Assembly: GCA_004764695.1 (NCBI GenBank)
Contig: SMSO01000031.1
Coordinates: 3,882,436 to 3,946,435 of the forward strand
Direction: 5' to 3'
Origin: Schizochytrium sp. TIO01
Lineage: Eukaryota > Protista > Bigyra: Labyrinthulomycetes
DNA length: 64,000 nucleotides
Part shown: in pieces, positions 40,008-50,702 of the stretch
Layout of the letters: every line of letters starts with the position of its first letter
Position numbering within the stretch: the first letter of the stretch is position 1
Program-made: the position numbers and the translations under genes
Notes under the pieces: generated by a model
Database searches by the model: none
What the model was told of the DNA's origin: nothing
Seen by the model: only the letters and a program-made list of their open reading frames with translations

Positions 40008-41658
40008 GCTTTTAATTTAAAAAAAGAAAAAAAAAGAAAAAAAAAAGAATAAGAATAGTATTGAAAGAGTGTATTATCGTCCGGGGCCCTGGACCAGGTC
40101 AGGGACGCTCCGAATCGGCAGCGGAGCTTTATGAGCAAGTTGTAGTAGATGAAGTTGTTGAAGTGGATAATGAGCTCAAAGCACTGCAAGTGGTGGGCCT
40201 TGTGGATGAGTCTAGTGGGAGGTAGAGGAAGACTCGACTGCTTTTTTTCCTAATCCCACCAGCGTTCAACGTGGGTTCAACTTGAGTTTGAGTTTATCTT
40301 CAAGTTCAATCTTTATCATTTCAACTACGACCTAGCGTATTTACTAGCACGAATAGCTCATTAACAGTATGGTAGTATGGTGGGGCCTAGAAGTTTTGGT
40401 AGGTATAATAGCATTGTAACTGGCTCGCTGCCTATGTGCCCTGCTTATATACCTATCTGAGATATAACGTTATACCAGGGTAGTAAGCTACTTCAGAAAA
40501 TAAAACATTGCATCGCTAGAGCCAGAAACCTCGTCTACTCTAATAGCTAGAGGCGATTCATTATAGTACGTACATCAATTCTATTCGCTAAAAACCTACG
40601 ATGAAAGATTTTAACTTATTATCTCTGGCTACTAGTGGGTGTGAAAAGCCTACAGGTGCGTACCTACTCTCCTACTTCAAGCAACGCTTTGGGCTAAGTA
40701 GGTCTCCAAGTTTCTAATACTTTGCACTTCGAAACAAAAGTTTAGAAAGTTATTCACCACAGGTACTATGTAGAGGGTTGAGAACTAATAAATTAATTTA
40801 TGAATACCTACCAGCTCAGAAGCTTTCCATTACGCTTAAAAAGCTGGCTGCTTGGAGCCAAGAACCCAACTCCGAGTGAGAAGGGTGAGTGAGAGCTTAG
40901 AAGAAGCATACGAGCAACGCAATCTTGCTGCTGTCATGTTCTTCTTCAAAGTGTTGTTCTTGCTGTTTTTGTTCTTCTTGTTTTCTTCTTGATTTCTTTT
41001 TCCTATTATTCTCTTTCCTGCTTCTTCCGGGTTTGTTTCTTAGTACCTATTATTCAATTCTATTATTATTGTTATTTTAATGAGCACTTTTTGAAAATGA
41101 TTAATAAAAAAATAACAAAATAAAAATTAGAAATACCATAATACCTAGTTAGGTTCTTACCTACCTACCTGCACTACTTTGTAGGTAGTTGTAATCCTAA
41201 TAGGCCTATTAAGCAGTAAGTAATTGTCGCTCTCCAAGTACTGATACTGTTGCTAAGCGATCCTATTTATACTCATAGTGAAAAGGGTAAGCTTGGAAAA
41301 ATGAATCCCGCAATAACAAATCATTGTTAAACAAAATGTTAGCAGGTTTATAGTACAAAGGCTAGTAATATCAGAACAACATCTGTGTTAGGAACAGGTA
41401 AAAGCAGAAAACAGCAACAGCAACACCAGGGCAAGCGCCCCCTCGACAGAAACATACTCGGTAGAGGCAGGCCGAACAAATAAAACCAAACGGGCTACCC
41501 CTTTTCTGCGCAGACGAGAACCTCAGACGCAGTGGTAATCAGACTTGCATCGCTAGCCTTGCCTTGTGTGGGGGTTCTAAGCGTGTAAGTAGTCTGTTCA
41601 AGACCAGGAGCTAAATTTCGAGGGACGAAACTTCGGCCGGGTCAAGAAAGCTTTGGCT

Positions 41659-43362
41659 ATGTCGTCAGGTGACGTCCCAGGGCCTTACGAGCCTCTTGTG
41701 CAGCCTCTCCCGTTGCTTTCAAATAACAACGACGCGGATCCTTTCAAGGAGAAGCCGGGGTTCATTAGCCGGGAGAGTTCGTTCAACCTTAACAGCGCCA
41801 ACAACAATAACAACATCAACAATGGCGACCTCAGCAACCTCATCGACAATGAAAACATCCCAAACCTGTACCAACGTAATAGCAGCGAAAGCGTTGACAG
41901 CGGGAGTATGAGTGAAATTGACCCCAAAGAAGTAGATCTCAAAGTTCCGTTTCCTTCTGATGCAGAATTTGATGATTTTGCCGAAAACGCAGCGGAGCTT
42001 GTAAGCAGCTGGACGAACTCGCCATCCCCGTCGTCAGGCCAAGAGAAGAAACGTGTGACACGTCGTACATATTCTGAGTTTGAAAAGGAACTAATAGTTC
42101 GAGCCGATGCCGAGGGAGGAAGACCCGCGCGTTTACAAATTGCGCAGCTGATGGGTATGCCAGCGCGCACTGCAGATCGTGTGGTTGCTCTCTTCAAAGA
42201 ACACGGCAGGGAGGCATTCCGGGATCATCGCCACGATCGCTACCGGCACACGGGAAAGAACTCAAAGCATTCATCAGAGCTACTAAAGTTTCTAGCTGAA
42301 TGGGTGCATTTAGACGCAATGCTCACGCATGCACAATTGCGCGAGTTGATTAACCTTGAAGTTTTTCGAGGTGTTTGTCGCGACTTTGGTCTCAAACTAG
42401 AAAACGAGGAGGACAAAATGAACAGACCTATCAGTAAAACGACAATCGAAAAGTACTTTGCGCTTCCTCAAGTACGTGAGACATATGAATGGCGTCATAT
42501 CGAATCTGACGAGACTATTCGGCACTGGCTGGATGGTTTGGTACTGTCTAGAAAGTATGTCTTAGACAGTGTTGAGGCAGTGAATGACAAGGAAAACTGT
42601 GCCAACCGGCTTCAGTTTGCGAGAGACCTATTGCAGGCCCTTGAAGATCCCAATTCAATGCTTGTGTTCCTTGACGAGGTACCCTTTCAACTGAAGATGA
42701 AGAAACCTCCTGGTGGAAACGAACCTATTGAACAAGACGTTCAGGTTTCTGTAGCGTTTAACGCAACTTTGGGCGTACTGAGCTGGAGATTTCACAACCC
42801 TCATCAGAGTTCGGGACAGCATGACTGGAAACTTGGCGTTGTGCAAAATGAGACAGATTTTAAGAGCTTCGTTAACGAGGTTCTCAAGGTTCTCATTTCA
42901 AGAATAGATGAGATTCGGGGCAAAAATGTATATCTTATCGCAGACTGCCCCTTTGAATATATTCGCAATGTGCATGAGCACCGTAGCATTAAAGCCGTCC
43001 CGGCTTTTGAAGAGCTGAATGCACTCCTCGACGCGAGTAAGTCGAGCGTACAGCTTATTCAGATGGCACCAAATTCACCAACTTTGAACTTGTGCGAGTT
43101 TTTCAATCGTGTATTGAGGGATCGTGCGAACGCAAAGCTCGATGAAATTGCTGCTGATGAGGCAGCCTGCTCTCAGTACTTGGCAACGTCGAACTTACCG
43201 CTTCTTGAAAGCCTTTTGGTATTTTCCATTCGTGAGCTTCATGCTACTGTCTTGCCAAGAGCCCCAGCTTATCTTGTGCGAATGACTGATGTTATTAAAG
43301 ACATTATTGCACTCGGTGGCTGTCTTGATATGGCTAAGACCTATGATGCTTTAGTTGCTTAG
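41659..43362 (+). CDS. IS630/Tc1/mariner-type transposase-derived protein (HTH + DDE), possibly domesticated
   Basis: HTH (RLQIAQLMGMPARTADRVV), RLQFA, VFLDE, YLIAD, MAPNSPTLNLCEFF (cf. LPPYSPELNPIE). Confidence 0.8.
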   Translation: MSSGDVPGPYEPLVQPLPLLSNNNDADPFKEKPGFISRESSFNLNSANNNNNINNGDLSNLIDNENIPNLYQRNSSESVDSGSMSEIDPKEVDLKVPFPSDAEFDDFAENAAELVSSWTNSPSPSSGQEKKRVTRRTYSEFEKELIVRADAEGGRPARLQIAQLMGMPARTADRVVALFKEHGREAFRDHRHDRYRHTGKNSKHSSELLKFLAEWVHLDAMLTHAQLRELINLEVFRGVCRDFGLKLENEEDKMNRPISKTTIEKYFALPQVRETYEWRHIESDETIRHWLDGLVLSRKYVLDSVEAVNDKENCANRLQFARDLLQALEDPNSMLVFLDEVPFQLKMKKPPGGNEPIEQDVQVSVAFNATLGVLSWRFHNPHQSSGQHDWKLGVVQNETDFKSFVNEVLKVLISRIDEIRGKNVYLIADCPFEYIRNVHEHRSIKAVPAFEELNALLDASKSSVQLIQMAPNSPTLNLCEFFNRVLRDRANAKLDEIAADEAACSQYLATSNLPLLESLLVFSIRELHATVLPRAPAYLVRMTDVIKDIIALGGCLDMAKTYDALVA

Positions 43363-44405
43363 GCGATGAGTCCAATGTTTACCCTGCTCCTACAAGAATC
43401 AATTAGCACTCATCTCAGTCCTTTCTTACTTTTCTACTTTGACCTTCCCTGCTCCTGCAATCCCAGTTCACTCAATTTATGCCGTCTTTTCATTCTTCTT
43501 TTTTTTTTTTTAAAATAAATATATAGACTAGACAGAAGGTCAAAGAGGGGGTGCTCTGTGCTTGAGATCTTACCACATTTGTAAAACAAAAATAATGTTT
43601 ACCTCCATGGCTTTCGTTGGGCGCTCTGGCTAAGAGTAGAAGAAAACAAAAATGGTGTTAGATATTCAGCCTGAACGGTTTTATTGCTCACTCCGAGGCT
43701 TTTTAAAAACTGAACCCTACAAAAATCCCTAGCAGTTGGTGTTGGCTGTTTTGCGCCTCACCAAAACGATTCGCTGCAAACGTGGAAGTCAGCGTGAAGC
43801 TCATACATAACCCACGAGTTTCCTGGTTACTCAGCGCACCCTAGGTACCTCTGAGTTTTAAAAAATGGCCAGCTTCACGGCAAATTGAAGAAGGTGAAGG
43901 ACGCGAGAGTTTATTAAGCTAGTTCATTGGGAACAGCATGATTGTCAAGTTGTCTCAACGACAAAGCGCGACCTTCCTACCTACCCTAGAGCTGGAACAG
44001 CTTTTTTCCAAATTGGTTTCCTTCTTCTCCTTTTCCTCTAGTATCTCATCCTGGCTATTAATCAAATAAGTAGAACTCAAGTAGTAGGAATATTAGAAGA
44101 AGTAGGTAAGTAAAGTCATAGGTAGGTACTAATAGTCCTTTTGCAGAAAGACTCAAGCCTGTGCTTTGAGTAAATCGCAAACGCATAATTTCTCGATCTA
44201 GAACTTGCTTTGTGATCAAGGTAGATCAGAAAGACCGTAATGAGACAGCTTTGCTGCAACTTTACTCAAGGAGAATCAATTGAAACTCTTGCAAACTAAG
44301 GAACTGTTTCAAAGGAAACGTCTGGTGCGCAATCCCAGCTTTGCTTGCTGGTCCTTCAAAGAACAAGAATCAACCTTACCATATTTTCCATAGGCTCAGT
44401 CGGTC

Positions 44406-46280
44406 ATGCGACAGCGCAATATCGCAGCCCGGGGTCTTTCACCCTCAAATAAGAGAGATGGTCACTCCACGGAGGGTTTCCGAGGCTCCCAAGAGAAAGT
44501 ATATTCTAGATCACCTACTGACGAAACTGGTTATAGAAATAGCGTCTCTAATCCATTCGAATACAATGCACCTGTGACTGTGTACGAATTTGCCAAAATT
44601 GCAATTCATATATTCTCCGGCTTTCTTTTTATTCGCGCTATTCTATTTGCATTGCTTTTCCTGAGCGCATACGGATGTGCTTTTGTCGCGACGATTGGCC
44701 TTGACCGAGAAGCTGGAGTGTATGAAGCACCTTTACCTAGGTGGCGACGTCTAATATTAAAACCAATCTCGTCTATAGCGCGTGCGATGCTCTTTGTCAT
44801 TGGATTTTATCGTATTGAGGTTGCTGGGGAAATATCCAAGGAAGCATGCTTTTTTACGCCTAATCACGTTGGATTAACCGACTTGCTTTTGATGTATTGG
44901 CTGCTGCTCCCTAGCGCTCTATCCAAAGCGGAGGCCTTCAAAGTTCCGTTCGTTGGTACTCTCTTTCGTGGCTTGCAAGTCATTCCAGTGCAGCGAGACT
45001 CTGCTGCAGACAAGAAGCGTGCGATGGAAACTATCAAGCTATTTGCTGCCTCTCGAACCAACGAGGGCGATCCTAACAAACGTTTTCCACCAATCCTAGT
45101 TTTCCCTCAAGGGACCACTGCTAACCAGGAAACTTTGACGATGTTCCAGCGCGGGGCATTTACCCCCGGTTGTCCAGTACAACCTGTGAGCTTATATTAC
45201 CCCTGGAAGCATTTCAATCCTGCTTTCATTGTTAATCGGAAGACAGATTATTTTTGGGTACGGCATTTCTCACAGTTCGTAATGCATGCTCGTGTTCACT
45301 TCCTTCCTGTGCACAGCCCAAGCGAAGCAGAGAAGAAGAACGCTACACTATTTGCAAACAATGTTCGGAGGGAAATTGCTGAAGATATCGGGGCGAACAT
45401 CACAGAGCACTGTTATGAAGATGCAATGTTGTATCGTTCTGCACTTAACGTTGAAGAAACCCGCCACCAGCCTCGTCTTTTTAAGGGAGTCAATCCTCAT
45501 GAGAAAATCTCACTGGAGGGATTAGAGCTAAGGCGTATCAAAGATTTATTTGAGCATGCTCGACGAGACCGTGGGCTTACACTGAAAGATGCGAAGCTTA
45601 TTTTGAAACAATTTGCTGATGCAGATAAGGATGGGGATGGTTTGGTAGATTTGTCTGAATTCGCACGCGCAATAGGATTTGATAAAGATAGCAACCAAGT
45701 GAAACGCCTTTTCAATTTCTTTGACCGAGATTTGTCGGGAAAGATTGATTTTCGCGAGCTTCTTACAGGGATGGCAAATGTACACCCCTTTTCGAGCTCA
45801 AAAGACAAAATCAAATTTGCATTTGAACTTTTTGATCAAGATGGGGATGGTTATGTTTCAGAGACAGAGCTGTGGAATTTGTGGAATGTTGCAACAGAAA
45901 ATACCGATTCCCAACGTTTTGCAGAAGAATCCCGTATTGAGCTTCGAAATCTTATTGAAACAGTTCACAATCGTAGACTATTAGCTGATGGGAACACCAG
46001 ATCATCCTCATCAAATGAGATTCGCATAAGTTTGGAGGAGTTTCAAGATCTTGTTGAGAGGGATTCTGAGATTGTTGCTACAGCGCTTACTTCAATTGAG
46101 GCAGAGACACACTCTTCAGAAAGTAAGAAACGGTTTTTTCCCTTTCTGTTGCGAAGAACTTCTTCTTCAAAGTTTGCTCAATTAGACGGGGGTCCTCTTG
46201 ACAGTGAACCTGCTTGTGATGTGATGAATGGCACAACCACAGACTCAAGTTCTAACTCTACTGCGTCATGCAGCGAGTAA
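44406..46280 (+). CDS. Lysophospholipid acyltransferase with EF-hands (LPCAT1/2 / LPEAT2-like)
   Basis: NHVGLTD (HxxxxD), VFPQGT, FQRGAFTPGCPVQPV; EF-hands DKDGDGLVD, DRDLSGKID, DQDGDGYVS. Confidence 0.9.
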   Translation: MRQRNIAARGLSPSNKRDGHSTEGFRGSQEKVYSRSPTDETGYRNSVSNPFEYNAPVTVYEFAKIAIHIFSGFLFIRAILFALLFLSAYGCAFVATIGLDREAGVYEAPLPRWRRLILKPISSIARAMLFVIGFYRIEVAGEISKEACFFTPNHVGLTDLLLMYWLLLPSALSKAEAFKVPFVGTLFRGLQVIPVQRDSAADKKRAMETIKLFAASRTNEGDPNKRFPPILVFPQGTTANQETLTMFQRGAFTPGCPVQPVSLYYPWKHFNPAFIVNRKTDYFWVRHFSQFVMHARVHFLPVHSPSEAEKKNATLFANNVRREIAEDIGANITEHCYEDAMLYRSALNVEETRHQPRLFKGVNPHEKISLEGLELRRIKDLFEHARRDRGLTLKDAKLILKQFADADKDGDGLVDLSEFARAIGFDKDSNQVKRLFNFFDRDLSGKIDFRELLTGMANVHPFSSSKDKIKFAFELFDQDGDGYVSETELWNLWNVATENTDSQRFAEESRIELRNLIETVHNRRLLADGNTRSSSSNEIRISLEEFQDLVERDSEIVATALTSIEAETHSSESKKRFFPFLLRRTSSSKFAQLDGGPLDSEPACDVMNGTTTDSSSNSTASCSE

Positions 46281-47258
46281 GATTGGGCCTTAATGTCGCG
46301 CATTCTCTTCCTTTAAAATTAATCATATCTAATAGAATGTATTTAGAAGCTGGATGGCCTTGTTGCATATTTTTTTGTTCTCTCTCTTAATTGTGTTTTA
46401 AGAATTTCAAGTGCTTAAATGCAGCAGTGATAAAGAACTATATATTATACAAACGTTACGCTTTCAGAGCAAATCAATCTATCCAAAGTGCTTCATGTGT
46501 TCCCTTGGTTTTTGTTCTCGCTACTTGATTTGCAACCACACCGTCGTACTCTTTAGTAAACCTTATCGTAACAAATAGACAAAATTAGCTCCACTCTGAG
46601 ACCAACGTGATTTGAAACAGTGTCTTATTCCTATTTTTTTTTTTAAATAGACAAATCGTCGCAGTGAAAACACCATATAAATTAAATAACCCAACTTCAA
46701 GTTGAAATAAATAAAGTAGAATACAATAAAACATAGGTTAAATTTCAAGCTACACTTTTCCTCAAGGTTCAACTCTACAAGCGATTAAAGATCATTAGTT
46801 GCCCTTCACGAGGTTTCCAGATTCCACAGCACGATGACTTGTAAAGTAGATGTTGCAGTGTCAAAACGAAGGGGATGTCATTAATTCTATAGGTCGCCTT
46901 ATTCGATCAGAGACGAAACACACGCGGAGTGTGAATAATTTTAAATGATTTCGTACCGGTACCAAACCTAAATAAAATTATCTGATTTTGATTGATCAAT
47001 GAGAGTGAAGCTTTAAAAAAGAAAGACTTCGTGTTGCTTGGGCCGAATGATATAGACTTGTTTATCATTCCACTAGTCCTACCTGAAATGGTAGTACTTT
47101 GGGTATAGGCAGGTAGGTAAATTCTCGCACCAAGTAGCACTACTATTTGGAATGGGTCAACACGAAGCAAGAAAAGCACTCAGTTTCCTCTTCAGAAAGC
47201 AGTCGTGGTTGACACCTTTGAGAAGCACAGTAGCCAGCCGTTATTCCATGCAATAGAC

Positions 47259-48674
47259 ATGCGATCGCCGCCAGTAGCAGTAGCAGCAGCAACAACAATA
47301 GTAACAACCGAGGAGTCGTTGTCATCATCTACAACAGCAAACACAGCGATAGCAAAAACTGCTGCGATGTCCACTTCAAAACACACGGTGCTTATGGTAT
47401 GTGACTTTTTTTGGCCTAACCTTGGCGGCGTGGAGATGCACATGTGGAGTCTTGCTCAATGCTTAATTCGAGCAGGTCACAAAGTGGTGGTACTCACACA
47501 TGGATGGGGAGATCGAAAAGGTGTTCGGTATATGACAAACGGTCTCAAAGTGTACTATGTACCTTGGATTCCCATGTTCCAGAATTGTACACTACCTACT
47601 TTTTTCCCATTGTTGCCTCTATTCCGTGACGTTGTTGTTCGTGAGGGAATAGAAATTGTTCACGGACATCAAGATTCATCTGCATTGATGCACGAAGCGC
47701 TTTTCCATGCTCAAACCCTCGGACTTAAAACTTGTTTTACTTCCCACTCACTCTTTAACATCTTCGATACAGCCAGCCTCCACTTGAATAAGACCATTAC
47801 TTTTACCTTAAGCAGCATCGACCATTGTATTGGAGTGTCCCATACTTGTCGAGAGAATATGGTTGTACGAGCCAAGATTGACACTTCCCAGGTCTCCACA
47901 ATTCCGAACGCAGTTGATGCCTCAAGCTTTCAACCCGATCCGTCGCTGCGTGATCCATCACCCCGCATCAATATCATTGTGATAAATCGTCTTGCATATC
48001 GCAAGGGTACAGACCTAGTTGCCCAAGTTATACCTCTCGTATGCGCTCAATTCCCTCATGTTCATTTTATTATTGGAGGAGATGGAGAGAAGAGACTACT
48101 TCTGGATGAGATGAGAGAACGCTATCAACTACATGATCGTGTGGAACTTCTTGGCAGTATTCCACATGCAAAAGTTCGATCTGTCCTTTGCCGAGGTTCA
48201 ATATTTTTAAATTGTTCACTGACAGAATCATTTTGTATGGCAATTCTCGAGGCCGCATGTTGCGGCCTCTTTGTCATCAGCACACGTGTTGGAGGTATTC
48301 CGGAGGTTTTGCCTCCGGAGATGATAACCTTTGCTGAACATCCTTCAGCCAAAGCGCTCTCGGCCTCAATCGCAGATGCTATCATAACAGGTAAAATGAA
48401 CAAAATGGATCCCTTTTCGATGCATGAGCGAGTCAAGACAATGTATAGTTGGCCTGATGTTGCAGAAAGGGTTGCCATCGTCTATGATAAAATTAAGCAG
48501 AGACCGACTATTACTCTCGAGATGCGTCTTGCAAACTGTCGCAAGGTTGGTCCTTTTGCAGGACTTGTGGCCATGTTTCTTGTTCTAGTAGACTATGCAC
48601 TTTTATTACTTGTCAGGGCCATGAGGCCCAATGAAAGTATCGAAGAGGCGCCATATCTACGGCTTGCCAAGTAA
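47259..48674 (+). CDS. PIGA: Phosphatidylinositol N-acetylglucosaminyltransferase subunit A (GPI biosynthesis)
   Basis: MVCDFFWPNLGGVE, GVRYMTNGLKVYY, RLAYRKGTDL, SLTESFCMAILEAA, TRVGGIPEVLP. The start may instead be ATG 47367. Confidence 0.96.
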   Translation: MRSPPVAVAAATTIVTTEESLSSSTTANTAIAKTAAMSTSKHTVLMVCDFFWPNLGGVEMHMWSLAQCLIRAGHKVVVLTHGWGDRKGVRYMTNGLKVYYVPWIPMFQNCTLPTFFPLLPLFRDVVVREGIEIVHGHQDSSALMHEALFHAQTLGLKTCFTSHSLFNIFDTASLHLNKTITFTLSSIDHCIGVSHTCRENMVVRAKIDTSQVSTIPNAVDASSFQPDPSLRDPSPRINIIVINRLAYRKGTDLVAQVIPLVCAQFPHVHFIIGGDGEKRLLLDEMRERYQLHDRVELLGSIPHAKVRSVLCRGSIFLNCSLTESFCMAILEAACCGLFVISTRVGGIPEVLPPEMITFAEHPSAKALSASIADAIITGKMNKMDPFSMHERVKTMYSWPDVAERVAIVYDKIKQRPTITLEMRLANCRKVGPFAGLVAMFLVLVDYALLLLVRAMRPNESIEEAPYLRLAK

Positions 48675-49186
48675 AGGAGGCGAATGGTCTTGTAAGTGAG
48701 GCGAGTTGACTAATGAAACAACTAATACTACTTATTGCTGCGATCATGTATTATTTCTTCTTCAAGATATTGCACTATTTATTGCTTTTACAGTTCAGTA
48801 AATGACATACAACATCGGTTCATATATTCGGGTCAGTTTAGGAGTGATTGTTTTTATCAACTTATTCTTTGGGTGTTTTAACCCATGCTTTTCTCAATTA
48901 AGATGCAAGAAGGATTAAAAAAAAATAAAAATTAAATAGGTTTATTGGCGAGTGAAATGCGCTCTCATGCTGGTTATTTGTAATTGCTTTCAATACAAGC
49001 TTCCTTTTGGATCTCGAGCACGAAAGCAGATCACTTTTTGATAGGTAGGACACATGGTAAACATTAAACATAAAATTTTAATTTGGCTATGCATTTTTGA
49101 ATCACGAATATTTCGACTTTGATTACACTCAACAACGGTGTACATCCTGCTATAATTAAAAATGAAAACCTTAAGATGCAAGGGCA

Positions 49187-50032
49187 TTAGCGCCCCTGCT
49201 GCCAGCAGGTACGCCTGAGCACGGAACCATAAGAGAGGCTCGATGAGGTCTTGATATACCATAGGAGAGCCAGGAGATTTGTTGTAGAGCCAACAAAGTA
49301 TGTAATAGGTTCTACAATATCCCAAGACAGATAGAAGAATGTCATATAAAATAGAACCCCTTGAACAGTTGTAACACCTGCTAGCATCGCCCAACGGACC
49401 GCTACGTCTCTCCATGGACGCGCCGGGCGACGTTCAAGTTCATGGAAAGGGTCAGCTCGTGGCAGGGGGCCTGTAAATCTAGCACGAATAAAGTCTGGGT
49501 GAAGAACAACACGATCAGGGGAGACCTTGCTCGTATAAATGAGGCCATTAGCCTCGAGTCGGTTTACAGCTTCCATTCCTCCAACCCGCTCCTGAAAAGC
49601 AGCCCGCGGGAGCACCCACGCGGGGATTGACGCAGGACCTAATGCGAGTTGTTGAGCTTCTGCACAATTCTCACTTTCTTCAAGCCATACATCACGGCCT
49701 CCTACATTGATTACAAAACCTCTTCGTAGAGCATCTTCAACCCGCGTTTCTGGTGTACTCCCTTCGACAAGAAGAGCTTGGCACTGAGAGTTTATGGCTA
49801 TCTCCTCAATTAGATCTGATACTGTTGACCCTGCACGGACAGGAACAGCAAGCTTGCCACCCGACCCGAGATCTGCGCGCACCCATACGTTTGCGCTTAG
49901 GGTGCGTGTCCACTGCCCAAAGGGAAAAGGTGTCGGTAAAGGTCTGCACTGAGCACCAGTTTGTTGCAGTGACCGCAATTGGGCTGTTTTCCAAGCTCCG
50001 TCACGAACTCTAGCAAGTCCAGTTCTCAACAT
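49187..50032 (-). CDS. MCU: Mitochondrial calcium uniporter pore subunit
   Basis: Presequence MLRTGLARVR; TM1-YLSWDIVEPITYFVG-TM2 (WDxxEP selectivity filter). Confidence 0.85.
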   Translation of the reverse strand: MLRTGLARVRDGAWKTAQLRSLQQTGAQCRPLPTPFPFGQWTRTLSANVWVRADLGSGGKLAVPVRAGSTVSDLIEEIAINSQCQALLVEGSTPETRVEDALRRGFVINVGGRDVWLEESENCAEAQQLALGPASIPAWVLPRAAFQERVGGMEAVNRLEANGLIYTSKVSPDRVVLHPDFIRARFTGPLPRADPFHELERRPARPWRDVAVRWAMLAGVTTVQGVLFYMTFFYLSWDIVEPITYFVGSTTNLLALLWYIKTSSSLSYGSVLRRTCWQQGR

Positions 50033-50702
50033 ATTATCTTCTATATTTGTTTTGGACCCTCCCTGTGTGCGTTTTCGCGCACATGCCTTGCACGAAACAC
50101 ACAAAGAGGATCTTGCAAAAAGAGGGTCCCACGAAGCGAAGCTTTGTAGTAATAGTTTTGCTCTGTGTATGTTTGTTGTGCTTCTTCGGATCTTATGGAA
50201 GGCTACCCTAGTCTCTCCTTTTCTAGGTTATGTGCCTAGCTAGGTAACACTCTACTAGAAAGAAACCATATTCAGTATAACCATTTCTTTACGAATTCCA
50301 GAGGTCCTTTACTTTCGATTCAAAAATGCTGGCTCATGAATAATTGCAAGCATTCGCAATAGTGATATGAAGTCCTTTCGGAGTTGCACTGGAAAAAATA
50401 TGGCAATTCCAAAGTTTTTCGCTCAAAGACAAACTAGTTTCTGATAGTAAAAGTATGTCATGATCATACTGCGCTATATTAGCTTTGAAAAAATTAAAAA
50501 AATTAAATTTATAATTTAAAAAATTAAAGAAAAACAGATATACAATAATGCAAGAGTCTGTCGAAGCGACGATTCTTTATCCAACTCCGCCAAACAAATC
50601 CACTTACCCATCAAGAAGAATTCGTCAAAAGGTGAAGGGTGGACGCCTCCAAAGTCTTCCCGTGTTGCCTTCAGGCGAGGTGACAACTTGTCAAAAGATA
50701 AC

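Noticed and set aside
43781-43828. Resemblance to an initiator tRNA-Met core (GTGGAAG..AGCGTG..GCTCATA..ACCCACGAG)
   Set aside because: No T-arm or acceptor stem can be folded; at most a degenerate relic.
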